Origin: Candidatus Omnitrophota bacterium
GTDB lineage: Bacteria > Omnitrophota > Gorgyraeia > Duberdicusellales > 4484-171
DNA: 54,032 nt
NCBI GenBank assembly: GCA_023135905.1
Contig: JAGLSE010000029.1
Location: 1-54,032, forward strand
Reading direction: 5' to 3'
Shown one piece after another: positions 1-9,296 of this stretch. The notes below the pieces were generated by a model. That model was not told the origin of the DNA and searched no databases. It worked only from the letters and a program-made list of their open reading frames with translations. How positions within the stretch are numbered: the stretch's first letter is position 1; the number at the start of each line of letters is the position of its first letter. A program made the translations under genes and the position numbers.

Positions 1-46
1 AATTCGAGATCCATCTGCCTGAGAAGTCTCATTGAGGATAGTGATT

Positions 47-961
47 ATGAAGATAGCTGAAAATATTACAGAATTAATTGGAAATACTCCTTTAGTTAGA
101 TTGAAAAAGATAGGTGAGGGGTTAGAGGCAGATTTAGTGGGTAAACTGGAATTTTTTAATCCTTGTTCAAGTGTTAAAGATCGAATCGGTTTATCAATGA
201 TTAAAGATGCTGAAGAAAAAGGATTGATTAAAGAAGGTGTTACTATTATTGAACCTACTAGCGGAAATACTGGAATTGCTTTGGCTTTTGTTTGTGCTCA
301 AAGAGGCTATAGATTGATTTTGACTATGCCGGAAAGTATGTCTATGGAGAGAAGGCTGCTTTTATCTTGGTTAGGTGCTGATATTGTTTTGACTCCGGTA
401 GATCAAGGTATGAAAGGAGCTATAAATAGAGCAGATGAACTTGTGAGAACCCATGCAGATTATATTATGCTGCAACAGTTTAAAAATCCGGCTAACCCTA
501 AAATTCATAGAGAAACTACAGCTGAAGAAATATGGAAGGATACTGAAGGTAAAGTAGATATAGTTGTCTCCGGTGTTGGTACAGGAGGAACTATTACCGG
601 GCTTGGTGAGCTGTTGAAAAGTAGGAAGTCGGAAATAAAAATGGTTGCGGTTGAACCTAAAAATTCTCCTGTACTTTCAGGAGGGGTGCCGGGTTCTCAT
701 AAAATTCAAGGCATAGGAGCAGGATTTGTTCCTGAAGTTTTGAAACGGGAACTTATTGATGAAATAATTTGTGTTAAAGATGAGGAAGCGATATTAATGG
801 CAGAAAAAGTAGCTAAGGAAGAAGGTCTTTTAGTTGGTAATTCCAGTGGTGCAGCTGTTTGGGCAGCTGTTGAATTAGCTAAACGGAAAGAAAATATAAA
901 CAAACTAATTGTTATTATTTTACCGGATACAGGAGAACGTTATTTATCTACTTGGATTTAA
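47..961 (+). CDS. cysK: Cysteine synthase A / O-acetylserine sulfhydrylase (PLP-dependent)
   Basis: ORF 32..961. The N-terminus [18 protein letters not shown], the PLP-lysine context NPCSSVKDR and the TSGNTG loop are typical CysK/CysM signatures. ATG at 47 is preceded by GAGGA (34-38). TTG at 32 is the longest-ORF alternative. Confidence 0.93.
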   Translation: MKIAENITELIGNTPLVRLKKIGEGLEADLVGKLEFFNPCSSVKDRIGLSMIKDAEEKGLIKEGVTIIEPTSGNTGIALAFVCAQRGYRLILTMPESMSMERRLLLSWLGADIVLTPVDQGMKGAINRADELVRTHADYIMLQQFKNPANPKIHRETTAEEIWKDTEGKVDIVVSGVGTGGTITGLGELLKSRKSEIKMVAVEPKNSPVLSGGVPGSHKIQGIGAGFVPEVLKRELIDEIICVKDEEAILMAEKVAKEEGLLVGNSSGAAVWAAVELAKRKENINKLIVIILPDTGERYLSTWI

Positions 962-1046
962 ATTTATTTTTTAAAATAGTAGTATAAAGTATAAATATGA
1001 ATTATTAGGCTTTAAAAAATTTTTTAAATAAATAGGAGGTGGCTTA

Positions 1047-2261
1047 ATGGGAAAAACCATAGCTGAAATTAATGAAAAAATTAAAAAAGGTGAAGCTGTT
1101 GTTGTTACAGCTGAGGAGATGATAGATATTGTTAAAGAAAAAGGTGCTAAAATAGCTGCCCAAGAAGTAGATGTTGTAACTACCGGAACTTTTGGTCCAA
1201 TGTGTTCATCAGGGGCTTATTTGAATGTAGGGCATACTAGTCCTAAGATTAAACTTGGCGGCGGCAGAACTACTTTGAATGGAATAGAAGTTTATGCTGG
1301 TTTTGCAGCAGTTGATGTTTGTATAGGAGCAACTGCTTTAGCCCAAGACGATCCAAAAAATAAAGTTTATCCGGGAGAATTTAAATACGGCGGCGGCCAT
1401 GTAATTCAGGATTTAGTTGAAGGTAAAGATATTGAATTAAAGGCTACATCCTATGGTACGGATTGTTATCCTAGTAAAAAAATAAATAACCTTATTAATC
1501 TTAAGGATTTGAATGAAGCGGTACTTTTTAATCCCAGGAATTTATATCAAAATTATAATATTGCGGTTAATTTATCAAATAAACAAATATATACATATAT
1601 GGGGACATTAAAACCAAATTTAGGGAATGCTAATTATTGCAGTGCTGGACAATTGTCACCTCTTCTTAATGATCCTTTTTATCGCACTATTGGTATAGGA
1701 ACGAAAATTTTCTTAGGTGGAGGTGTAGGCTATGTTTCTTGGTGGGGCACACAACATAATCCCGGGGTTAAGAGAGCTGATAATGGAACTCCTCTTACTC
1801 CGGCAGGGACTGCTGCTGTAATAGGGGACTTAAAACAGATGGATGGAAAATGGCTTAAAGGAGTAAGTTTTTTAGGTTATGGGGCAACCCTTTCAGTAGG
1901 AATAGGTGTACCAATACCTATTCTTAATGAAGAGATGGCACAATTTACTGCCGTATCAGATGAAGATATTTCAGCAAGTATTGTTGATTATAGTAAAGCT
2001 TATCCGGAGGGTATATCTGAAAGTGTGGGCCGGGCTACATACGCGGAATTAAAATCAGGAAAAATCATAATAAATGGTAAGCAAGTTACTACTGCCGGTA
2101 TTTCCAGTTATTATAAAGCTAAGGAAATAGCTGAAGAATTAAAATCTTGGATTAAAAAAGGAGACTTTCTTTTAACTGAGGCAGTAGCCCAATTTCCCGG
2201 TGCTGACTCAGATTATAAGTTTAAGCCGATGAAGATAAGAGAATTAAAAGGAGGTGAATAG
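1047..2261 (+). CDS. COG1900/DUF39-family homocysteine biosynthesis protein (sulfur incorporation into aspartate semialdehyde)
   Basis: 404-aa ORF with AGGAGG upstream of the ATG. Its length and sequence pattern match my recollection of the DUF39 family. The NIL-ferredoxin partner gene follows 3 nt downstream, as in the methanogen MA1821/MA1822 pair. Confidence 0.72.
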   Translation: MGKTIAEINEKIKKGEAVVVTAEEMIDIVKEKGAKIAAQEVDVVTTGTFGPMCSSGAYLNVGHTSPKIKLGGGRTTLNGIEVYAGFAAVDVCIGATALAQDDPKNKVYPGEFKYGGGHVIQDLVEGKDIELKATSYGTDCYPSKKINNLINLKDLNEAVLFNPRNLYQNYNIAVNLSNKQIYTYMGTLKPNLGNANYCSAGQLSPLLNDPFYRTIGIGTKIFLGGGVGYVSWWGTQHNPGVKRADNGTPLTPAGTAAVIGDLKQMDGKWLKGVSFLGYGATLSVGIGVPIPILNEEMAQFTAVSDEDISASIVDYSKAYPEGISESVGRATYAELKSGKIIINGKQVTTAGISSYYKAKEIAEELKSWIKKGDFLLTEAVAQFPGADSDYKFKPMKIRELKGGE

Positions 2262-2263
2262 TT

Positions 2264-2671
2264 ATGTATTCAGAAAAAATAGTACTCCATTTTCCCTCTA
2301 ATATGGTAGATAAACCAATAGTGTATAAGTTGTCTAGAGATTTTGATTTAGAGTTTAATATTTTAAAAGCAACGGTTATTCCAAATGAAGAAGGAATTTT
2401 AGTATTAGAACTTAAAGGAGATAAAAATAATTTTGATAAGGCTTTGAAATATTTGGAAGATGAGAAAGTGAAAATCAAAAGTTTATCCAAAGAAGTAACT
2501 AGAGATGAGAATTTATGTGTTCATTGCGGTTTATGTATCGGAATTTGCCCCGCATCGGCATTTGAGGTAGAGGTGATTTCCAGAAAAATTATTTTCAATC
2601 AGGATAAATGCATTGCTTGCGGGATGTGTGTCAATGTTTGTCCTTACAAAGCTATGGAAATAAAATTATAA
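2264..2671 (+). CDS. NIL-domain protein fused to a 2x[4Fe-4S] ferredoxin domain
   Basis: 135 aa. Two canonical CxxCxxCxxxCP motifs (CVHCGLCIGICP, CIACGMCVNVCP) follow an N-terminal ~75-aa NIL-like domain. The gene is tightly coupled to the upstream COG1900 gene. Confidence 0.8.
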   Translation: MYSEKIVLHFPSNMVDKPIVYKLSRDFDLEFNILKATVIPNEEGILVLELKGDKNNFDKALKYLEDEKVKIKSLSKEVTRDENLCVHCGLCIGICPASAFEVEVISRKIIFNQDKCIACGMCVNVCPYKAMEIKL

Positions 2672-2748
2672 ATTGATTAAAGATTAGCCTTTCTTTAGTT
2701 TTTTTGATAAAATAGAAAATTGATAAATTAATAGTGAGGCATACTTAA

Positions 2749-3156
2749 ATGAAATATTTTTTTCTTTTTTTATTTTTAATCGTAAGTGTAAGGGGCGAAG
2801 TTATGGCTGCTCCTAAGGCAGGATTAGAGTGTCATGAATTTGATTTTGGTGAAGTTATCGAAGGGGATGTGCTTGAAAAAAGTTTTATTCTTAGCAATAG
2901 CGGAGATGAAGATTTGATTATTAAAGGGATTCATTCAGCGTGTAGTTGTACTACAGCTAGTATTGAATCATATAATTTGAAGCCCAAAGAAAAAACAAAT
3001 TTCAATATTATTTATAATACAAAAGGAAAGGACACGGGGAAAGATGATGAAAGTATTTATATAATTTCTAATGATCCTATTTCTGAGATGACTAAATTTA
3101 CAATATTTGCTCAAATTTTAGAAAGAAAAGAGGCTTTGAATAATGACAATAATTAG
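2749..3156 (+). CDS. Secreted DUF1573-like protein
   Basis: N-terminal signal peptide (MKYFFLFLFLIVSVRGEVMA). The pattern HEFDFGEVIEGDVLEKSFILSNSGDEDLIIKGI..SC.C matches my recollection of DUF1573. Confidence 0.65.
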   Translation: MKYFFLFLFLIVSVRGEVMAAPKAGLECHEFDFGEVIEGDVLEKSFILSNSGDEDLIIKGIHSACSCTTASIESYNLKPKEKTNFNIIYNTKGKDTGKDDESIYIISNDPISEMTKFTIFAQILERKEALNNDNN

Positions 3157-3278
3157 GAAAAATTGAATTTAGATCTTACAATAATTAAGAAATGATGCAT
3201 TCTTAGATAGGTTGTTAATCGGTGTAAATTGAAATTTGTTTAATGGTTATTTAATCATATTCTAAAAGGAGAAAATTT

Positions 3279-3962
3279 GTGATTAAAAAGATAAGTTGTT
3301 TATTTTTAGTATTAATACTCATTTGTGGTCCCGTTTTTGCTGTTTTGAAAAAAGATATTTATTCTAAACTGAAATGTTGTAATTGCGGAGAAGGTTTTAT
3401 ACCTTGCCATTGTCAGCATTCTAAAGAAATGAAAATTTATATAGAAACTTTGATGGATGGAGGCTTTGATGAGGAAAAGATATTAACGAAGATAGCAAAA
3501 AAATTCACTTTAGATGCTATAATCGACGTTGATTCCAAAGAAAGGATCAAAGCTCTATTGATAGAAGAAGCCGGAGAAAATCGTCCGGAAATATTTATTG
3601 AATCACTATTACAGGATTTAGGAAAAATCAGTAAAAGTAAAAATATTTTAGAATTTAAAGTAGTTGTTGTAAATAAAGGGAAAGAAACTTTAAAAATAAT
3701 CAATTTAAAGACTTCCTGTCCTTGCAGTAAAATAAAGCTTAAAGTTAAAGGTTATGAAAGCCCTGTTTTTGGGACAAAAGGTGCAGAATTGGGGTGGGGG
3801 ACAAGAATTCTACCTAAAGAAAAAGGTGAGATTATTATAATTACAGATTTAAATCATGAAAGTATTCGTTTAGGAGATTTTTTTAGAACCGCTGAGATTA
3901 TTAGTAATGATCCTATAGATTCTTCTTTAACTATTATTTATCGAGGTGAAATAGTGGAATAG
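3279..3962 (+). CDS. Secreted protein with a Cys/His-rich N-terminal module and a C-terminal DUF1573-like domain
   Basis: GTG start after GGAG, then a signal/anchor helix. A CCNCGEGFIPCHCQH cluster is followed by a helical segment. The C-terminus (LEFKVVVVNKGKETLKIINLKTSCPCS...ISNDP) parallels the upstream DUF1573-like gene. Confidence 0.6.
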   Translation: MIKKISCLFLVLILICGPVFAVLKKDIYSKLKCCNCGEGFIPCHCQHSKEMKIYIETLMDGGFDEEKILTKIAKKFTLDAIIDVDSKERIKALLIEEAGENRPEIFIESLLQDLGKISKSKNILEFKVVVVNKGKETLKIINLKTSCPCSKIKLKVKGYESPVFGTKGAELGWGTRILPKEKGEIIIITDLNHESIRLGDFFRTAEIISNDPIDSSLTIIYRGEIVE

Positions 3963-4083
3963 ATTCTTAGAAAAATGAAACAGGCTAGGGAAAACTGTTT
4001 TGAGCGGATAAGAAGTATTTAAAAAATAAAGCTGGAAGTTTGTATTAAAATAAAATATAATGGGTTTAAAGAGGAGGTGAATT

Positions 4084-4167
4084 ATGAATATAGTTATTAA
4101 ATTCATGTTACGTCCAGTAACACATTGTAAAGAAGGTTGCCAGATGATGTCCCGGATAAGACGTTAA
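4084..4167 (+). CDS. Candidate 27-aa microprotein (MNIVIKFMLRPVTHCKEGCQMMSRIRR)
   Basis: Not in the ORF track because it is too short. Consensus SD GAGGAGGTGA (4071-4080) lies about 6 nt before the ATG. A 12-bp-stem terminator follows 35 nt after the stop. Confidence 0.45.
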   Translation: MNIVIKFMLRPVTHCKEGCQMMSRIRR

Positions 4168-4201
4168 ACTATCTAAAATATTTAATGGAATATAAAACAA
4201 T

Positions 4202-4245
4202 AAATAAGCGTAAGCACTACTAAGAGTTTACGCTTATTTATTTTA
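4202..4245 (+). terminator. Rho-independent terminator-like hairpin
   Basis: AAATAAGCGTAA (4202-4213) pairs perfectly with TTACGCTTATTT (4228-4239). The loop is 14 nt and ATTTT follows. Confidence 0.55.
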
Positions 4246-4289
4246 ATTTATTAAGTTTTATACATGTTTTTATTGAAGGAGGCTATTTA

Positions 4290-4616
4290 ATGGAAGAAAA
4301 TAATTATCTAGCTAAAATTTTAGATTTTGCAGGTTTAATAGAATATCAGAATGGGTCCGTTGTCAGTAAAATTATAATAGCTAAGCCTGCAGGCACTGTC
4401 ACTTTATTTGCTTTTGATGCGGGTCAAGCCTTAAGTGAACATACCGCGCCTTTTGATGCTTTAATTAATATTATTGATGGTGCCGCTGATATCTTTATAT
4501 CCGGTGAATTGTTTTCGTTAAAAAAGGGCCAATCAATTATTTTGCCAGCTAAACAGCCTCATTCACTGAAAGCAGAAGAAAAATTTAAAATGACTTTAGT
4601 TATGATAAAAATATAG
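4290..4616 (+). CDS. Cupin-domain protein
   Basis: 108 aa with GGAGG upstream. The pattern G..L.EH.AP.DALI.II.G.A.I.I.G......G.....PA..PH.L.A is typical of small single-domain cupins. Confidence 0.75.
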   Translation: MEENNYLAKILDFAGLIEYQNGSVVSKIIIAKPAGTVTLFAFDAGQALSEHTAPFDALINIIDGAADIFISGELFSLKKGQSIILPAKQPHSLKAEEKFKMTLVMIKI

Positions 4617-4735
4617 TTGATTCTGTTGAAATTAGTTCGCGAGTTAGCGAGTTCAAGGGGGACGTTGATAAATTCATAAGTTTGTTGATTGAATTAGTTA
4701 GCGGTTTGACGAGTTTACGGGTTGAATGAGATGGA
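4615..4735 (+). repeat. Two tandem diverged units, possibly related to the core of the dispersed 165-nt element
   Basis: The units are GTTGATT..GAAATTAGTTCGCGAGTTAGCGAGTTCAAGGGGG and GTTGATTGAATTAGTTAGCGGTTTGACGAGTTTACGGGTT. Both share GAATT..GCGAGT..CGAGT..(A)AGG/CGGGTT blocks with the element core GAATTGATCCTGAGCGAGTAAAACGAGTCGAAGGATCTCGGGTT. This is an eye alignment only. Confidence 0.3.
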
Positions 4736-5057
4736 AATATGCTTCACTTCGTTCAGCGAAATATACACCACTTTTTGGAGGGAATTTGTTTTGCTTACGC
4801 AAAACGAAATTGAATTGTAGAAAAATAAACAAAATGAAATATGTAGGGACTGACCTCTGTGTCTGTCCGTTATTGAAGACAAAATGTTATATTTAAAAAA
4901 AGTATGGGCTATTCACGAATCGTCTGAAAACAAATATAATTATTAGAAATAGGTAATGAAATTTGGCATTATATTTTGTTTTTGATTTTGAAATTGCGAT
5001 TTTGGATTTGTTTAGAATTTAGAGCTTCGGATTTATGATTTATTATTATAGACAACA

Positions 5058-5618
5058 ATGAATATAGTATCGATAATTTTTATAGCTTTTGGTTTAGCCA
5101 TGGATGCTTTTGCTGTGTCTATTTTTAGTGGGTTAACTATAAAGAATTTAAAAATTAAACATGCTTTTAAAATCGCACTATTTTTTGGATTGTTTCAGGC
5201 ATTTATGCCGATTATCGGCTGGTTATCGGGTGTTAGTCTAAAAAATTATATTTCTGGAATAGATCATTGGATAGCTTTTACCATTTTATTTGTAATTGGT
5301 ATAAAGATGATTTATGAATCATTTAAAATTAAACCTGACGATAAAAAGATAAATCCTTTAGCTGTGTATACCCTTTTGATCTTATCTGTTGCAACGAGTA
5401 TTGATGCATTAGCTGTAGGGTTAAGCTTTGCTTTTTTAAAGATATCTATTATTACCCCGGTAATTGTTATAGGTGTTATAACTTTTTTACTATCTTTTAT
5501 TGGAGTATTAATTGGAGATAAGGGAGGACATTTTTTTGAGAATCGTATAGAAATTGCTGGGGGAATAATTTTAATTGGAATAGGGACAAAAATATTATTA
5601 GAACATTTATTGAGATGA
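5058..5618 (+). CDS. mntP: Manganese efflux pump MntP
   Basis: 186 aa, six TM segments, duplicated DAFAVS/DALAVG motifs (GLAMDAFAVS and SIDALAVG) typical of MntP/YebN. Confidence 0.88.
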   Translation: MNIVSIIFIAFGLAMDAFAVSIFSGLTIKNLKIKHAFKIALFFGLFQAFMPIIGWLSGVSLKNYISGIDHWIAFTILFVIGIKMIYESFKIKPDDKKINPLAVYTLLILSVATSIDALAVGLSFAFLKISIITPVIVIGVITFLLSFIGVLIGDKGGHFFENRIEIAGGIILIGIGTKILLEHLLR

Positions 5619-5667
5619 TATTAATTTTAATATAAGAGAACGGAGTTGAAAAAAAGAAAAATATTTT

Positions 5668-6570
5668 ATGGAAAGATTATTAAAGATTCCTCTTGCTGAG
5701 TTAATTTTAGAAGCAAATAAAATTAGAAAAGATTTTGTTGGGTCAGAATTAGAGTTATGCAGTATTATTAATGCTAAAGCTGGGTTATGCAGTGAAGATT
5801 GTAAATTTTGTGCTCAATCAGCTAAATATTCTACGAATGTGCAGATATACCCTTTAAAATCTAAAAAAGAAATTGTTGCTGCTGCAATAAAAGCTAAAGA
5901 TATCGGTGCTGAAAAATTTGGTATTGTTAAAAGTGGTAACAAATTAAATCCAAAAGAATTAGAGGTTATAGTTGAAGCAGTTTATGAGATCAAAAATAAA
6001 ATAGGGCTTGCAGTTTGCGGTTCCTTAGGCGCGTTAGATAAAGAGAATTTAAAAATGTTAAAAGATTCCGGTCTTGAGAGGTATCATCATAATATTGAAA
6101 CTTCTAAAAATTTTTATCCTAATATAGTTTCTACGCATACGTTTAAGGAACGCGTTGATACTATAAAGTCTGCTAAAGAAATTGGTTTAGAGGTTTGTAG
6201 CGGAGGTATCATCGGTATGGGGGAGAGTTGGCAGGATAGGATTGATATGGCAAATATTTTGAAAGATTTGGATGTAGATTCTGTGCCGATAAATCTTTTA
6301 GTCCCGATAGAAGGGACGCCTTTAGAAGCTTTAGAACGAATATCCTGTAATGCTGCGATAAGAACAATTTGTATTTTTAGAATAATTTTAAAAGATAAAA
6401 TTATAAAAATTGCTGCTGGCAGGGAAACAATTTTAAAAGATTTTCAAGGTATGGGGTTTATGTCTGGAGCTAACGGGATGATTATTGGAGGATATTTAAC
6501 TATCAAAGGAAGAGATGTTACGGAAGATCAGAATCTTATCAGTGAAATAAAAAGTTTATGGAATGGATAG
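5668..6570 (+). CDS. bioB: Biotin synthase (radical SAM)
   Basis: CSEDCKFCAQS radical-SAM cluster motif and BioB-like length. It is the first gene of a bio operon. Confidence 0.93.
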   Translation: MERLLKIPLAELILEANKIRKDFVGSELELCSIINAKAGLCSEDCKFCAQSAKYSTNVQIYPLKSKKEIVAAAIKAKDIGAEKFGIVKSGNKLNPKELEVIVEAVYEIKNKIGLAVCGSLGALDKENLKMLKDSGLERYHHNIETSKNFYPNIVSTHTFKERVDTIKSAKEIGLEVCSGGIIGMGESWQDRIDMANILKDLDVDSVPINLLVPIEGTPLEALERISCNAAIRTICIFRIILKDKIIKIAAGRETILKDFQGMGFMSGANGMIIGGYLTIKGRDVTEDQNLISEIKSLWNG

Positions 6571-7721
6571 ATGAATTCCTAGCTGTAAAAAAGGAAAAAA
6601 GCTTGTTGCGAGTATTAAAACCTGCGCATTCTAAGAATAGAGGTTTAATTAGTTTTAATAATAAAGAGTATATAGATTTTTCCTCAAATGATTATTTAGG
6701 CCTATCCGGCCATCTCAAATTGAAAGATGTTTTAAAAAAAACCACAGATATTTACGGTACTAGTGTTTGTTCATCCAGACTTTTAAGTGGTGATTTAGAA
6801 CTTCATCATATTCTTGAAAAAAAAATAGCCGAATTTAAGCATAAAGATAGTGCCTTAATTTTTAATTCAGGATATCAGGCTAATTTGGGAATCATAAGCT
6901 CAATTTGCAAAAAAGGAGATGTTATTTTTTCTGATAGACTTAATCATGCCAGTATTATAGACGGAATATTACTCTCAGGAGTTAAATATTTTCGTTATCA
7001 GCATAACGATATAAATAATTTAGAGTATTTACTTAAAAAAGAAAGGAATAAATATAAGAACGGTTTTATTATTACTGAAAGTGTTTTTAGTATGGATGGC
7101 GATAGCCCTAAATTAGATCAAATAGTTAGATTTAAAGAAAACTATGATTGTGTTTTAATGGTAGATGAAGCTCACGCTACAGGTATATTTGGTGAAAATG
7201 GGGCTGGTTTGGCTGAAGAACAAGGTGTCTCAGGTAGTATAGATTTGATAATGGGGACATTTGGTAAAGCTTTAGGGGGTTTTGGTGCTTATTTAGCTTG
7301 TTCGAAAAATGTAAAACAATATCTCGTTAATGCCTGTAGAAGTTTTATATATTCTACAGCTTTGCCGGCTCATGTAATAGCAGTAAATTTGGCTAGTTTA
7401 GATTTAATAAAACAGGAACCGTATAGAAGAGAAGAACTCTTAGCTAATGCTGATTTTTTTCGAGAAATACTTAAAAATAATGGATATCAAGTTAAAGGTT
7501 CTTCTCAAATAGTACCGCTAATGGTTAAAGATGCTGAGAAAGCAGTTAGTCTTAGTGAAGAACTCCAAAGTAAAGGATATTGGGTATTACCTATACGTCC
7601 ACCTACGGTTCCGCAAGGGGGATCAAGGTTGAGATTTTCTATAACTTATTATCATAAAAAGGAAATATTGGAAAATCTTTTTAAGGATATAAATAAAGTT
7701 AGGAATAAATATGGTTTATGA
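6558..7721 (+). CDS. bioF: 8-amino-7-oxononanoate synthase
   Basis: Class-II aminotransferase fold with SSNDYLGL, DEAHATG and the GTFGKALG PLP-lysine motif. It overlaps the bioB stop by 13 nt. Confidence 0.92.
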   Translation: MEWIDEFLAVKKEKSLLRVLKPAHSKNRGLISFNNKEYIDFSSNDYLGLSGHLKLKDVLKKTTDIYGTSVCSSRLLSGDLELHHILEKKIAEFKHKDSALIFNSGYQANLGIISSICKKGDVIFSDRLNHASIIDGILLSGVKYFRYQHNDINNLEYLLKKERNKYKNGFIITESVFSMDGDSPKLDQIVRFKENYDCVLMVDEAHATGIFGENGAGLAEEQGVSGSIDLIMGTFGKALGGFGAYLACSKNVKQYLVNACRSFIYSTALPAHVIAVNLASLDLIKQEPYRREELLANADFFREILKNNGYQVKGSSQIVPLMVKDAEKAVSLSEELQSKGYWVLPIRPPTVPQGGSRLRFSITYYHKKEILENLFKDINKVRNKYGL

Positions 7722-8409
7722 TAGTAAAACAGAGACAATCTTTAATTATATCGATAGGAATTATAAAAAAACAATTGTTCTTTTCCCAGGGTGGGCAAGT
7801 GATTATCGAATTTTCAATTTATTAGATTTAGAGTACAATTATTTATTGCCAATTAAATTAAATCCTTTTTTATTTGAAAATTTTTTATTTGAAGAAATAA
7901 AAAAAAATAAATTAAAGAAAATTTCTATTCTGGGCTGGTCATTGGGTGGTTCTTTAGCGGTAGAGTTTGCTTTAAAATATCCTGATTGTATAAATGAATT
8001 AATCCTTGTAAGCATAAGGGTTAAATATAGCGAGCAGGTAATATCTCAAATAAAAAAGTATTTAAGAAAAAATAAAAAAATTTTTCTCTATAGTTTTTAC
8101 AACCAATGTTTTTTCGATAAAGATTCAGGAAAGTGGTTTAAAGAAAACCTTTTGAAAAGTTATTGTGAGGATTTGGTTTTGAGTGATTTATTGGAAGGAT
8201 TGGATTATTTAAAAAAAGAAGAATTAAATTTCAAAAAGTTAAAAGGAGTAAAAAAGATAAAAATAATTCATGGTGAACAGGATAATATAGCGCCTATTGA
8301 AGAAGCCAGAGGTATAAGTAATCAATTGTCTAATTCCAAGTTTATATCAATCAAAGGAGGAGGACATATGCCTTTTTTTGAAGATGATTTTTCTAAATAT
8401 GTGTTTTAG
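7711..8409 (+). CDS. Alpha/beta hydrolase, likely pimeloyl-ACP methyl ester esterase (BioH-type role)
   Basis: Nucleophile elbow GWSLGG, HGEQDNIAP and a GGGHMPF catalytic His region. Its position between bioF and bioC supports the role. Subfamily (BioH/BioG/BioK) not resolved. Confidence 0.7.
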   Translation: MVYDSKTETIFNYIDRNYKKTIVLFPGWASDYRIFNLLDLEYNYLLPIKLNPFLFENFLFEEIKKNKLKKISILGWSLGGSLAVEFALKYPDCINELILVSIRVKYSEQVISQIKKYLRKNKKIFLYSFYNQCFFDKDSGKWFKENLLKSYCEDLVLSDLLEGLDYLKKEELNFKKLKGVKKIKIIHGEQDNIAPIEEARGISNQLSNSKFISIKGGGHMPFFEDDFSKYVF

Positions 8410-8464
8410 GCATTCTAAGGCAATCAGAGTATAAGATTGTTTAAAAACAATAGTTATAATAGTT

Positions 8465-9268
8465 ATGAAAAAAAAACTAGTTAATAAAAATATCAATAAA
8501 AATAGAGTAAAAATTAATTTTTCCCGGCACGCAAAGTTTTATGATGAGTATTCGTCTATACAGAATATTTGTGCCAAGGAACTTATTTCAAAAATAAAAG
8601 ATAAAGGAATAAATAGGATCCTTGATATAGGATGTGGAACTGGTAATTATACACAGATGTTAAGGCAGAAATTTCCAAAGGCAAACATTGAGGCCTTAGA
8701 TATATCAAAGAAAATGATTGAAAAAGCTAAAGAAAAATTGAAAAATGAAAATATAAAATTTATTATAGATGATGCTGAGACCGCGAATATAAATAAGAGG
8801 TTTGATCTTATCAGTTCTAATGCCAGCTTTCAATGGTTTGATAATTTAGAAAATACGTTAAAGAAATACGCAAATCTTTTAAACGAAAATGGTGTTGTTT
8901 TATTTTCTTTCTTCGGGCCTCAAACATTTTACGAATTAAAAGAATCATTGAATATTTTTTCAAAAAAAAATGTCTTGTTAAGTGCCAATGAATTTGAAAC
9001 AAAAGGAACTATTGAAATAATTTTGAATTCATTATTTAAAAAAGTTGAAATAAAGGAAGAGATTTATTCAGAGAAGTATATTTCTCTGATGGAATTGTTG
9101 AAAAAAATAAAATATACCGGCACAAGCGGAAATGGGTATAAGGGGGATAATTTTTGGACGTCTAAGATGATTAAGGATGTCGAAAAGGTTTATTTAAATA
9201 ATTTTAAGAATATAATATCTAATTATCAGGTGTTTTTTTGTCAAGGTATCAAAAGAATTAGTTTTTAA
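8465..9268 (+). CDS. bioC: Malonyl-ACP O-methyltransferase
   Basis: Class I SAM-MTase motif ILDIGCGTGNYT, N-terminal FSRHAKFYDEYSSIQ typical of BioC, and bio operon context. Confidence 0.85.
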   Translation: MKKKLVNKNINKNRVKINFSRHAKFYDEYSSIQNICAKELISKIKDKGINRILDIGCGTGNYTQMLRQKFPKANIEALDISKKMIEKAKEKLKNENIKFIIDDAETANINKRFDLISSNASFQWFDNLENTLKKYANLLNENGVVLFSFFGPQTFYELKESLNIFSKKNVLLSANEFETKGTIEIILNSLFKKVEIKEEIYSEKYISLMELLKKIKYTGTSGNGYKGDNFWTSKMIKDVEKVYLNNFKNIISNYQVFFCQGIKRISF

Positions 9269-9296
9269 TAATTAAAAATTGTATAGAGGGGTTTGA

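Noticed and set aside
4617-5057. yybP-ykoY manganese riboswitch upstream of mntP.
   Set aside because: It was expected from context, but I could not find the conserved four-way-junction core sequences (GGGGAGUAG-type and its partner). Not callable without a covariance-model search.
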